From positions 35,568 to 99,567 of the forward strand of contig JBFMGO010000006.1 of assembly GCA_040752695.1 (NCBI GenBank): a DNA stretch of 64,000 nucleotides, read 5' to 3'. The DNA is from a bacterium. GTDB lineage: Bacteria; SZUA-182; DTGQ01. Below are positions 40,479 to 50,330 of this stretch, piece by piece; positions within the stretch are counted from its first letter, which is position 1, and each line of letters opens with the position of its first letter. The position numbers were made by a program, and so were the translations under genes. The notes below the pieces were generated by a model. The model did not search any database. It was not told the DNA's origin and saw nothing but the letters and a program-made list of their open reading frames with translations.

Positions 40479-43400
40479 TCAGTCCGGCCATTTTCGCCTG
40501 GTGGTCCATTTTCGCAGCTCTTCCAGGGTGAAGATAATCACCATGAAGGCGGCGAGTAATCCCCAATCATTCCAGGTAAGGGCCGTGGTATTGAAGATCC
40601 GCTGCAAAGGTGGTATGTAGACCAGGGCAGCGATGAAGATCACTTCGAAGATGATTCCCCAGAGGATAAGTTTATTGGTGGAGAATCCGATCTTGAAAAT
40701 TGAGTATTTCTCGCTGCGGCAGGCAAAAACATTGGCGATCTGTATGACCACGATGCCGGCAAAAATCATGGTTACGGCCTTGAGGTGCAAGGGGTTGGCA
40801 AAAACTGTGTCATTGGGCTCAAGCTGCATGCCAAGTTTCCATCCACCGGTACTGAGGATCAGGAAATAGGCAGCTAACACAGCCGCGGCAGCGAGAAGTC
40901 CCAGGAAAATATAGCCTCGAAAGATGACCATTGCATCAACGATTCCTCTCTTTTGGGGGCGCGGCGGAAGGTCCATGATGCCCGGCTCTGGTTTTTCCGT
41001 GCCAAGGGCCAGTGCTGGAAGTGTTTCGGTACCCAGGTCGATGGCCAGAATCTGCATGACCGTAATTGGGACAGGAATATGAAAAAGGGCGTAAAAGACG
41101 AAGGGAACTATTTCAGGAACCAAGTGAGCAAAGATATAGGTCATGAACTTTTTGGCATTGTCAAAAACAGCTCTTCCTTCTTCGATTGCAGCTACAATAC
41201 TGGCAAAGTTATCGTCAGTAAGGATCATTTCGGCTGCCTCCTTGGCCACATCCGTGCCACGGATGCCCATGGCCACGCCGATGTCGGCCTTCTTCAGGGC
41301 AGGGGCATCGTTTACGCCGTCTCCGGTTACTGCGACCACGTTACCCAGGTCCTTGAAGGCACCGACTATTCTCAGCTTGTGCTCAGGATTTACACGGGCA
41401 AAAATCACCTCCCGGCTGCTGATTCTATCCTTCAACTGTTCATCCGACATCAGCGAAAGCTGTGTGCCGGTGATGATTTCGGCTGATTCGGAGGTTATCA
41501 TCCCTACCTGTCTGGCTATTGCCCGTGCAGTGATCCCGTAATCGCCGGTAATCATCACCACCCGGACACCTGCCCTGCGGCACAGGGAGATTGCTTCAGT
41601 GACTTCGGGCCGGGGAGGATCGTACATAGCCGTGAGTCCGATAAAAACCAGATCCCTCTCGACGGTCTCCGCGTTGGAGGCGGCTGCCTCGGCGGCACTC
41701 AGTCTGCGAAAGGCGATGGCCAGTACCCGCAGACCTTCGCTGGCAAAATGATCTATCCGGGTGTCGATCTCGGCCCTTCCAGCCGGTGTCAGGGCAACGA
41801 TATCCTGGTCTAACATAATTCTGCTTGAAAGGTCCAGGATCTCTCTGGGTGCACCCTTGACCAGGGCATAGAGTGTCCCATCCTTCATTTCGTTGATGGA
41901 GCTCATCCTTTTGCGCACCGATTCAAAAGGAAATCTTTTGACTAGCGGGAAAACCCGGCGATCCTGTTCGATATCGAAGCCTGCCTTTGCAGCCAAAACG
42001 AGCAGCGCTCCTTCGGTGGGGTCGCCGATAATGCTCCAATAACGGCCCTCCTTCGTCGGTGGAACCAGTTTGGACGTGTTGCACAGGACACAGATCTTCA
42101 TCATGAGGTCAACATCTTTCCTCTTGAAAAATTCAGCAGAGGGTGCATGATCAGCAGAGGGTGCATGAGGTGATTTGGGTGACCCGGGAGACGGACCAGA
42201 CGAAAGGTCAGGAGGAGTTTCAGGACATGATCCAGGAGCATGGCCGGGAAATGATTCAGGAGCATGGCCGGGAAATGATTCAGAAGCATGGCCGCCGGGA
42301 GAAAGGCTTTGACCTTGCAGCAGGAAAGTCCCTTTCGGCTCGTAGCCGATACCGGTGACGTCGATGACCTGCCCGCTCAGCCATATTTTGGTCACATTAA
42401 TCTGGTTGGCGGTCAATGTTCCCGTCTTGTCCGTGCAAATGACACTGGTCGATCCCAGGGTTTCCACTGAAGAGAGCTTCTTGACCAGGGCATGCCGTCT
42501 GGCCATTCTTTGAACAGCAACGGCCAGGGAGAGTGTAACCGTAGGTAAAAGGCCCTCGGGCACATTGGCTATGATGATGCCTATGGCGAAGATTGCCGAG
42601 GCAGTTAAAGACATGGCAGCAGTCAGCCTGCCGATAAGGAAAAAAAACAGGCCTCCTCCTATAGCTATAAGGGAGATTATCTTGGCAAGCCGGTTGATTT
42701 GCTTTTGAAGGGGACTCAATTCTTCCTTGACCGTCTGGGTGAGGTAAGCGATTCTGCCCACTTCCGTGTCCATGCCTGTGGAAATAATCACCGCCTTTCC
42801 ATTCCCTGACACTACGCTGGTTCCGGCAAAAACGAGATTTGGCATTTCTGTCCAGATAAAATTTCTCCCATTCAGGCATGGTTCGGCCATCTTATAGCCA
42901 GGCCGTGATTCCCCTGAAAAAATGCTGTTATCCACCCGCAATTCATGAGCTTCGATCAGTCTGCCGTCAGCCGGGATGTTATCTCCCTCTTCGAAAATGG
43001 CTACATCACCAGGGACAACATCACTGGAGAGGACCTTTTCTTCCTCCCCATTCCTGATTACCCGTGCATAAGAGGGGATTAAATCTTTCAGTGCCTCGAT
43101 GGCCTTTTCGGCCTTGAATTCCTGCCAAAAAGCGAAAATGCCGTTCAGGAAGATAACAGCGATGATCGCCCATCCAACTTCAGGCATTCCGACAAGAAAG
43201 GAAAGGACGCTCCCCACCCACATGAGAATGGCCAGAAGATTGGAAAAATTAGAAAGCAAACGGATAACGAGAGGGATTTTCCTGATTTTTTTCAGGGTAT
43301 TACGGCCATATTCCTTAAGGCGGCTCTTCGCCTCTTCCGCTGATAGTCCCTCCTCTGTAGTTCCGATTTCATGGAAAATTTCATTTCTGGTCAGGTTTAA

Positions 43401-43868
43401 AAAACCCTGCCTTTCCACTTCTTCAAGTCCCAGGGTACGGCAAAGCTCCTCTTTGGTCCTGGCGCTGACCATCATATCAACCAGGGCTTTGTTTTGCACG
43501 ATACTGCTGATTCGGGAAAGGATCTTTAAATGAGTCTCGCTTTCAGCCAGGGGAGTGATAAAAAGGATGACAAGGTATACAGGCTTTCCATCCGGGGAAT
43601 GAAAATCTATTCCATGCTGCGAGATGCCTACAAAAATCATCGGCTCTTTTAAATCCTCGATCCGGGCGTGAGGAATGGCTACACCCCCGCCAAGGCCGGT
43701 GGATTGCGTTCTTTCCCTTTCCAAAACCCGGTGGAGGATTTCTTTCTTATGCTGAATATTCCTGTAAGGATAGGTAGAGTCTATGATTTCTGGAATTGCC
43801 TCCTCGGCAGTACCGGATTTTAGGTCTGGATTTACCAGACATTTATCGAACAATGAAGAAATTTTCAT
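40479..43868 (-). CDS. PTS EIIA domain fused to a type II (IIC-like) cation-transporting P-type ATPase
   Basis: EIIA: RERTQSTGLGGGVAIPHAR; ATPase: PADGR, SGES, NVPEGL, DKTGTLT, KGAP, DPPR, MITGD, TGDGVNDAPALKKADIGVAMG. Confidence 0.93.
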   Translation of the reverse strand: MKISSLFDKCLVNPDLKSGTAEEAIPEIIDSTYPYRNIQHKKEILHRVLERERTQSTGLGGGVAIPHARIEDLKEPMIFVGISQHGIDFHSPDGKPVYLVILFITPLAESETHLKILSRISSIVQNKALVDMMVSARTKEELCRTLGLEEVERQGFLNLTRNEIFHEIGTTEEGLSAEEAKSRLKEYGRNTLKKIRKIPLVIRLLSNFSNLLAILMWVGSVLSFLVGMPEVGWAIIAVIFLNGIFAFWQEFKAEKAIEALKDLIPSYARVIRNGEEEKVLSSDVVPGDVAIFEEGDNIPADGRLIEAHELRVDNSIFSGESRPGYKMAEPCLNGRNFIWTEMPNLVFAGTSVVSGNGKAVIISTGMDTEVGRIAYLTQTVKEELSPLQKQINRLAKIISLIAIGGGLFFFLIGRLTAAMSLTASAIFAIGIIIANVPEGLLPTVTLSLAVAVQRMARRHALVKKLSSVETLGSTSVICTDKTGTLTANQINVTKIWLSGQVIDVTGIGYEPKGTFLLQGQSLSPGGHASESFPGHAPESFPGHAPGSCPETPPDLSSGPSPGSPKSPHAPSADHAPSAEFFKRKDVDLMMKICVLCNTSKLVPPTKEGRYWSIIGDPTEGALLVLAAKAGFDIEQDRRVFPLVKRFPFESVRKRMSSINEMKDGTLYALVKGAPREILDLSSRIMLDQDIVALTPAGRAEIDTRIDHFASEGLRVLAIAFRRLSAAEAAASNAETVERDLVFIGLTAMYDPPRPEVTEAISLCRRAGVRVVMITGDYGITARAIARQVGMITSESAEIITGTQLSLMSDEQLKDRISSREVIFARVNPEHKLRIVGAFKDLGNVVAVTGDGVNDAPALKKADIGVAMGIRGTDVAKEAAEMILTDDNFASIVAAIEEGRAVFDNAKKFMTYIFAHLVPEIVPFVFYALFHIPVPITVMQILAIDLGTETLPALALGTEKPEPGIMDLPPRPQKRGIVDAMVIFRGYIFLGLLAAAAVLAAYFLILSTGGWKLGMQLEPNDTVFANPLHLKAVTMIFAGIVVIQIANVFACRSEKYSIFKIGFSTNKLILWGIIFEVIFIAALVYIPPLQRIFNTTALTWNDWGLLAAFMVIIFTLEELRKWTTRRKWPD

Positions 43869-44008
43869 GCATACCGCTTCTCCTCAAAGATTTTTTCATG
43901 CTTTTTCAGTCGCTTATCGTCGAATAAATCGGCACAAGAGGGGATAAGAAACTATCGCACAGGGGTTTCATCCCCAACGCGTGAGGGTTTCCCCCAGGGG
44001 ACCGCAAA

Positions 44009-44040
44009 AGACCGATTTCTCCCGGAATCCCTGTCGATAA
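44009..44040 (+). promoter_or_regulatory. Conserved 32-bp upstream motif, copy 1; ends in sigma28-like -10 GTCGATAA
   Basis: 28/32 identical to 50259-50290. Confidence 0.6.
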
Positions 44041-44238
44041 CAAAAACAGGCCAAGAGCTTTGCTTAATATGCAGGCGATTGCCGCTAGCCAAAAAGGGGA
44101 GTGGAGGATGCCTTTTATCAGGGGCGGATGGGGGTACCTTTTGTGGAGGTAATAGCATTGAGTCAGCAAGGTAGAGACAGCAAAGGTAAAGCAGGAAGGT
44201 TGAGACAGCAAAGGCAAGGCAGGAAGGAGCAAGGATGA

Positions 44239-45753
44239 ATGTCACAATCCATAGTTATTGATCCTTTAACCCGAATTGAAGGGCATCTGAAAATAAAAAT
44301 TGAAGTCGAATCAGGGCGGGTTGCCCGGGCATTCAGTTCAGGCGAGATGTTTCGTGGATTCGAGCAGTTTCTCGTTGGCCGCGATCCTTTGGATGCTCAG
44401 CAGATTACCCAGAGGATTTGCGGAGTCTGTCCCGTCTCACACGGTGTAGCCTCCATTTTGGCCCAGGATAATGCCTATGGAGTTGCACTTCCTCGAAATG
44501 GCCGCCTTTTGCGAAACCTGATCCAGGGGGCTAATTATATCCAGTCACACATTCTCCACTTTTACCATCTTGCGGCCCTGGATTTTATCGATATCACTGC
44601 CATCCTCCAGTATCAGGGGAGGGACCGGGCATTACTCGACCTGAAGGCATGGGCCAAATCCGGGGGCAATCTTCTCTATCCTGCAGCTCCCTTTCTTCCC
44701 CGCTACAGCGGGGATTACCTGAAAGACACCGAGTTCAACATCGGTGCCATTCACCATTATCTGGAGGCTCTGGAGATGCGGCGTCTGGCTCACGAGGTTG
44801 TGGCGCTCTTTGGAGGGAAGGTCCCCCATGTGGCCAGTCTGGTGCCTGGCGGAGTCACGGAAAGGGTGACGATTGACAAAATGGCCGCCTGTTCGTGGAA
44901 GCTCAAAAAACTCCGGGAATTCATCGATTATACCTACCTGCCTGATGTGGCTGCCGTAGCCAGGGCGTTTCCCGCCTACTTTCAGGTTGGCCGGGGGTGT
45001 GGAAATCTCCTGGCCTATGGTGTTTTCCCGGAATCGGATCAGAATGGCGGATCTCTCCTTTTTCCTGCCGGTGTGGTTTTGGCCGGGAAACTTGAACCTT
45101 TTGACCAAAGCAAAATTACCGAGGATGTCAAATATTCCTATTTTGGTTCGGCCTCCTCCGGGCTCCATCCGGCCAGAGGTGAAACGGAGGTTTATTTCCC
45201 GAAAGCGCAAGCCTACTCCTGGCTGAAAGCCCCCCGGTATCAAGGACAGGTCATGGAGGTTGGTCCCCTGGCCCGGATCATGGCGGCGTATCTAACGGGG
45301 AAAAATTCTCAGGTCGTCAGTTTGACCAATACTCTTTTAGCGGATCTGGCCAGAAAGCCGGATGATCTTTTTTCCGTTTTGGGCCGCCATGCAGCAAGGG
45401 CTATCGAATGCAAGGTAGTAGCCGACCGGTGCAGTGCATGGCTGGAAGAGCTTCAGCCTGATCGACCCGCGTTCCAGGACTACGATTTGCCGAAGGAAGC
45501 ATCTGGTGCCGGTCTGACCGAGGCTCCGCGGGGAGCCCTTGGACACTGGCTGGAAATCGAGGATTATAAGATTAAACGATATCAATGTGTAGTGCCAACT
45601 ACCTGGAATTGTTCGCCAAGAGACGGGAATGGAAACCCTGGTGCGTTGGAGCATGCCCTTCAAGGGACCTCAATCAAGGATCAGGAAAACCCGATCGAGG
45701 CAGCCAGAATAGTCAGATCGTTCGATCCCTGTCTGGCCTGCGCGGTCCATTGA
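44239..45753 (+). CDS. [NiFe] hydrogenase large subunit (group 1a-like), no C-terminal extension
   Basis: DPLTRIEGH, L1 QRICGVCPVSH, YSWLKAPRY, EAPRGALGHW, L2 RSFDPCLACAVH-stop. Confidence 0.96.
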   Translation: MSQSIVIDPLTRIEGHLKIKIEVESGRVARAFSSGEMFRGFEQFLVGRDPLDAQQITQRICGVCPVSHGVASILAQDNAYGVALPRNGRLLRNLIQGANYIQSHILHFYHLAALDFIDITAILQYQGRDRALLDLKAWAKSGGNLLYPAAPFLPRYSGDYLKDTEFNIGAIHHYLEALEMRRLAHEVVALFGGKVPHVASLVPGGVTERVTIDKMAACSWKLKKLREFIDYTYLPDVAAVARAFPAYFQVGRGCGNLLAYGVFPESDQNGGSLLFPAGVVLAGKLEPFDQSKITEDVKYSYFGSASSGLHPARGETEVYFPKAQAYSWLKAPRYQGQVMEVGPLARIMAAYLTGKNSQVVSLTNTLLADLARKPDDLFSVLGRHAARAIECKVVADRCSAWLEELQPDRPAFQDYDLPKEASGAGLTEAPRGALGHWLEIEDYKIKRYQCVVPTTWNCSPRDGNGNPGALEHALQGTSIKDQENPIEAARIVRSFDPCLACAVH

Positions 45754-45851
45754 ACGTGCGTGGTCGATTGAAGCTGCCCGGTCCATTGAATCTTCGCAGC
45801 CCGTCGATCCTGCACGGCCCATTGATCCTGGCCGGTTCATTGATGCAAGCC
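45744..45851 (+). repeat. 6 x 18-bp degenerate repeat derived from the hydrogenase 3' end
   Basis: GGTCCATTGAACGTGCGT / GGTCGATTGAAGCTGCCC / GGTCCATTGAATCTTCGC ... Confidence 0.7.
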
Positions 45852-45937
45852 AATTAACATAAGCCAGAGCATCAGCCAAAGCATAAGCAGATGCTGAAGC
45901 CGATTGATGGAGGCAAATCAGAGGGAGAGTACAAAGG

Positions 45938-46867
45938 ATGGCTAGAGTAACCAGAAGAAAATTTCTGCACTATTGTGGAAGTCTGGCTGCGATCCTGGGA
46001 TTGGGACCGTCAGCCGTACCGGCTATTTGCCAGGCTCTTGATCGGATGGCGGCTGGCCGGGCGCCTCTTTTATGGCTGCAAGGGCAAAGTTGCTCTGGAT
46101 GTTCGGTGTCTTTATTAAATTCAACCGATCCAGGTCCTGCCCAGATTCTGACCTATTATATTTCACTTGTTTTCCATCCTACTCTTTCTGCCGCTACCGG
46201 TCATACCTGTCTTGATATCATCAATTCCACCGTGAATAAGGGTGGATACATTCTGATCGTGGAGGGAAGCGTTCCGACACGGATTCCCGCGGCCTGCATG
46301 GTCGGTGAAGAGCCGATGGACAAGCTGGTGATCCGGGCGGCCCGCAAGGCAAGTGCTGTGGTCGCGCTGGGAACCTGCGCTTCTTTTGGCGGCATTCCGG
46401 CTGCTGAAAATAATCCTACCGGCGCAATGGGAGTGCCCGAATTCCTGAGCCAGATCTCCACACCTGTCATTTCCCTGCCCGGATGCCCGCCCCACCCTGA
46501 TTGGCTGATCGGCACCCTGGTCCATGTCCTGAAGTTCGGCCTGCCGGCTTTGGATGAATCGGGAAGGCCGGCCATGTTTTATGGCAAGGTACTCCACGAC
46601 CAGTGTCCGCGCTTTGCCGACTATGAGCGTGAAAAATTTGCGAAAACCCTGGCGGACGATGGATGCCTGTTTCGCCTTGGTTGTATGGGGCCGAATGCTC
46701 ATGCTGATTGCAGCCTGAGGCTGTGGAATTCAAGAACCAGTTTCTGCATTAAGGCCGGAGCTCCCTGCATTGGCTGCACCAGCCCCGAGTTTGCGGCTAA
46801 GGCTTCCTTTCCTTTTTACCGGAAGAGAGAACTCTTGCCCCAGCCGGTCAAGGAGGACAACCCATGA
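45938..46867 (+). CDS. [NiFe] hydrogenase small subunit, Tat-exported, no membrane anchor
   Basis: Tat motif TRRKFL; CSGCS, GTCA, PGCPPHP, HDQC, GCLFRLGC, C..RLWN...FCIKAGAPCIGC. Confidence 0.96.
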   Translation: MARVTRRKFLHYCGSLAAILGLGPSAVPAICQALDRMAAGRAPLLWLQGQSCSGCSVSLLNSTDPGPAQILTYYISLVFHPTLSAATGHTCLDIINSTVNKGGYILIVEGSVPTRIPAACMVGEEPMDKLVIRAARKASAVVALGTCASFGGIPAAENNPTGAMGVPEFLSQISTPVISLPGCPPHPDWLIGTLVHVLKFGLPALDESGRPAMFYGKVLHDQCPRFADYEREKFAKTLADDGCLFRLGCMGPNAHADCSLRLWNSRTSFCIKAGAPCIGCTSPEFAAKASFPFYRKRELLPQPVKEDNP

Positions 46868-48552
46868 GCATGAATATCATGAAATTCAATGTTTACACCA
46901 AGTTGACCCTGGCACTGATGACCGGTCTGGGTATAGTCGTGGGAATTGCGCAACTGGTGCAATATCACTATACTTCTTCGGGAGTCGGCGGCATCATTCA
47001 GCGCGATTTGGAGTCCATGCAGGAGATTTCCCGGAAGAATATTTCACAGTGGAAGGTTAAAGAGGAGGAAAATGCCCTCAACCTTTTCTCTTCCATCAGC
47101 CACGCCGTGGCCGGCTCACTTGAGCGTGGGGAGATGGCCAAATTTACCGCACTTCTGGAAAAACAAAAAGGGGTAAAAGGATTAATCGATTTTTCCCTCT
47201 TTGATCGCCAGGGGAAGGTATCTCATTCATCAGACTCGCGTCTTCTCGATGGAACTGTGCCGAAAGAAATCCAAAAGCAACTGTACACCGGAAAGAAACG
47301 CCTTATCCAGCATACCGCAGAGTCTATCGTGATCTATGAGCCACAGATCATAAAACCTGACTGCGTTCGCTGTCACACCGACTGGCAGCTCAATAATGTG
47401 GGAGGAATAATCCGCATGAGTTATTCAACCCAGGCGCTCAGGGAAGCGGAAGAGCAGAATATGCATATGTTCACTCAAGCCCGCCAAAAGGCACAGGCAA
47501 CCCTGGCTGACTTACGGAAAAATATATTGCTCAGCGCCCTTTTGACTCTGGTCTCGATTTGGCTGGCGTTATTTATCCTTATGCAGATAATGACCCGGCA
47601 GATTCTTATCAAACCGCTCAACCGGATTATCCACTGTCTCACCGACTGTATGGGCCAGATTGCCTCTGCCTCACAGGGAACCTTTATTTCCAGCCAGAAA
47701 TTGGCCGAGGATGCGGCAGAACAGGCAAGCTCGCTGCAGGAAACCTCCGCTTCTCTGGAGGAAATGACTTCCATGACCAATCAGAATGCTCAAAATGCTC
47801 AGCAGGCACAATTCCTGGTCAATGAAGCCGTAAACTCCATCAAAAAGGTAAAATCCTCTCTGGATGATGTGAACAGCTCCATGCACGAAATTGTGCAGGC
47901 AGGCGCCCAAACTCTTGGTATTGTCAAAACCATTGACGAGATTGCCTTTCAAACCAACCTCCTTGCTCTCAATGCCGCAGTCGAGGCGGCCAGAGCAGGG
48001 GATGCCGGAGTCAGCTTTGCCGTGGTAGCCGGAGAGGTTCGCGATCTGGCCCTGCGGGCAGGCGATGCGGCCAAGAATACAGCGGGGTTGATCGGATCTA
48101 TTGTAGAAAAAATCAAAAAGGGCAATGAACTGGTTAATTCCACTCAGATGGCTTTCCTTGAGGTGACCAGCAAGTCGGAACAGACCGGGACAATCATTCA
48201 GGAAATTGCTGTTGCCGGAAAGGAGCAGGCGAAAGGAATCGATCTGATCAGTTCGGCAACTCTCCAAATGGATAAAGTTACCCAGGGGAACGCAGATAGT
48301 GCGGAAAAAAATGCCTCTACCAGCAGGCAGTTGAATCTGCAAGTGGAAGAAATGCAGGAAATCGTTCAGGAGCTTATCTATCTTAATGATGGTCGCGGGC
48401 TTAATGATGATCTCAGTCTTAATGATGGTCTCAGGGTAAAGAGCCAATTTCCGAAGGAGAACAAAAAGCGATTCTCATTTGATAGGTGCAGGAAAAACCA
48501 TGCGCAACGGAAAACATCCGCTCTTGCCGAGGGGGAATCCCCTGTCACTTAA
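46864..48552 (+). CDS. Methyl-accepting chemotaxis protein with periplasmic heme-c (CxxCH) sensor
   Basis: Two TMs flanking a domain with PDCVRCH; MCP tip [24 protein letters not shown] overlap with the small subunit. Confidence 0.93.
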   Translation: MSMNIMKFNVYTKLTLALMTGLGIVVGIAQLVQYHYTSSGVGGIIQRDLESMQEISRKNISQWKVKEEENALNLFSSISHAVAGSLERGEMAKFTALLEKQKGVKGLIDFSLFDRQGKVSHSSDSRLLDGTVPKEIQKQLYTGKKRLIQHTAESIVIYEPQIIKPDCVRCHTDWQLNNVGGIIRMSYSTQALREAEEQNMHMFTQARQKAQATLADLRKNILLSALLTLVSIWLALFILMQIMTRQILIKPLNRIIHCLTDCMGQIASASQGTFISSQKLAEDAAEQASSLQETSASLEEMTSMTNQNAQNAQQAQFLVNEAVNSIKKVKSSLDDVNSSMHEIVQAGAQTLGIVKTIDEIAFQTNLLALNAAVEAARAGDAGVSFAVVAGEVRDLALRAGDAAKNTAGLIGSIVEKIKKGNELVNSTQMAFLEVTSKSEQTGTIIQEIAVAGKEQAKGIDLISSATLQMDKVTQGNADSAEKNASTSRQLNLQVEEMQEIVQELIYLNDGRGLNDDLSLNDGLRVKSQFPKENKKRFSFDRCRKNHAQRKTSALAEGESPVT

Positions 48553-48703
48553 ATACATAACTGAGAATACATAAATAATTGCCCACAGAGCCAGAGATTG
48601 ACTATTTAAAGCCTCGTTGCGGTAACTCATGAGATTTAGATTTAATGGATCATGAGGGGTGAATTATTATGGAATATCCAGTGTATTGCATAGGGGAGGT
48701 TTG

Positions 48704-49951
48704 ATGGAAAAAATACTTATCATGGAAGATAGTCGATCGATTGCCAATGCTATTAAGGATAAAATATCCAGAAGCAATTTCTTCGATTGTGATATTGTTT
48801 CAACCTTAGACGAAGCGAAACGTAAAATTGAGAGTAGTACAGAAAAATATTTCCTGGCTGTTCTTGGCTTGAACCTTCCTGATGCTCAATATGATGAAAT
48901 TGTTGACTATATCCTCTCCCAGAACATTTCTCCTATTGTATTTACGTCGGATTACAGTGATGAAATCCGTGAACGAATTATGTCGAAAAAGGTGATAGAT
49001 TATATCATTAAAAGAGACGAACAATCAATAGATTATCTTATTTACATCATTGAGAGGGTATATAAAAACCAGTTTGTTAAAGTCATGGTCGTGGATGACT
49101 CTCATGTTTCCAGACAATATCTTATGAATATCCTGAAGATACAGAAATTCATAGTGTTAGAAGCCAAAAGCGGATTTGAAGCTCTCTTCCTGTTGGTACA
49201 AAATAAAGATATCAAGCTGATAATAACTGACTATATGATGAATAAGCTGGATGGTTTCGAGTTAACCCGAAAAATCAGGAAGCATTATTCCCTAAGACAG
49301 CTTGCCATCATCGGAATCTCAGCATACGGTTCGGGGCTTCTATCAATAAAGTTTTTGAAAAACGGTGCGAACGATTTTGTTATAAAACCATTTGTAGAAG
49401 AAGAGCTTCTTCTGCGAGTCAGGCAAAACATCGAGATCCTGGAACAATTGGACACTTATCAGAGATTATCTCATATTGATTATCTTACTCAATTGTATAA
49501 CCGCTGTTTTTTTTTTGAAATAGGTGGTAAGATTTTTGAAAACGCTAAAAGAAAAAATTTTGATATTGCCACGGCCATGCTTGATATCGACCATTTTAAA
49601 TCAGTCAATGATATGTATGGACATGATATCGGTGACACAGCTCTTAAGCATGTCTCTCAAATTCTATCAAAAACCTTGAGATCCGCTGATATTATTTCCC
49701 GATATGGAGGAGAAGAATTTTGTATTTTAGCAATTAACCTGAAAAAAGAAAATGCTTTTGAAGTTTTTGACAGGCTTCGTTTAAGTATTGAACGGTCAAA
49801 GCTCAAATTAAAAGATAAAGAAATATCCATATCTGTTTCTATCGGTGTAACAACACGGATTTTGGGTTCTCTTGAGAAAAATATAAAATATGCTGATGAA
49901 CTCCTTTATAAGGCCAAACAGCAAGGGCGTAACTGTATAGTTGTAGATTAA
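48704..49951 (+). CDS. REC-REC-GGDEF diguanylate cyclase
   Basis: DIDHFKSVNDMYGH, RxxD I-site (RSAD), RYGGEEF; REC1 has Gly in place of the phospho-Asp (VLGLNLP), REC2 is intact (IITDY); ATG 48704 after GGAGG. Confidence 0.92.
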   Translation: MEKILIMEDSRSIANAIKDKISRSNFFDCDIVSTLDEAKRKIESSTEKYFLAVLGLNLPDAQYDEIVDYILSQNISPIVFTSDYSDEIRERIMSKKVIDYIIKRDEQSIDYLIYIIERVYKNQFVKVMVVDDSHVSRQYLMNILKIQKFIVLEAKSGFEALFLLVQNKDIKLIITDYMMNKLDGFELTRKIRKHYSLRQLAIIGISAYGSGLLSIKFLKNGANDFVIKPFVEEELLLRVRQNIEILEQLDTYQRLSHIDYLTQLYNRCFFFEIGGKIFENAKRKNFDIATAMLDIDHFKSVNDMYGHDIGDTALKHVSQILSKTLRSADIISRYGGEEFCILAINLKKENAFEVFDRLRLSIERSKLKLKDKEISISVSIGVTTRILGSLEKNIKYADELLYKAKQQGRNCIVVD

Positions 49952-50258
49952 ACGTCCATCACGAGAACCTGTACTTTTGACGTTGTGTATCCCTGCTCAT
50001 TTCTTTTTGGCTCAACTATGGCCAAGGATCTACTCAACCAAGCGCCTTGATGTCTCATTGTGCTGATACCCCAGCCAGGTTTGTGAAGAAAGGAAGCGGG
50101 AGGGGCGTAAATTCAGTTATTACACCAAGATGACTGAAATGAAGATCATCGGTACACAAGCAGTTTCGCCTTTAGTCCAAACGGATTGTTTTTCGCATTT
50201 TAAGAGTGAAAGGGCACCAGGGGGACCCATAGTTTATGGTTTGTTTTGCTCTTGCACC

Positions 50259-50290
50259 AGACCGATTTCTCCTAAAGTCCCTGTCGATAA
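50259..50290 (+). promoter_or_regulatory. Conserved 32-bp upstream motif, copy 2
   Basis: AGACCGATTTCTCC-TAAAG-TCCCTGTCGATAA, 40 nt upstream of the Cache MCP start. Confidence 0.6.
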
Positions 50291-50330
50291 TGAAAGCAAA
50301 GAGAAAAAGGAAATGATGAAGGAGGATGGA

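Noticed and set aside
45721..45753. [NiFeSe] hydrogenase or Sec read-through at TGA
   Set aside because: The Sec-equivalent position in DPxxxC is TGT (Cys); the TGA follows the terminal His and is a normal stop.
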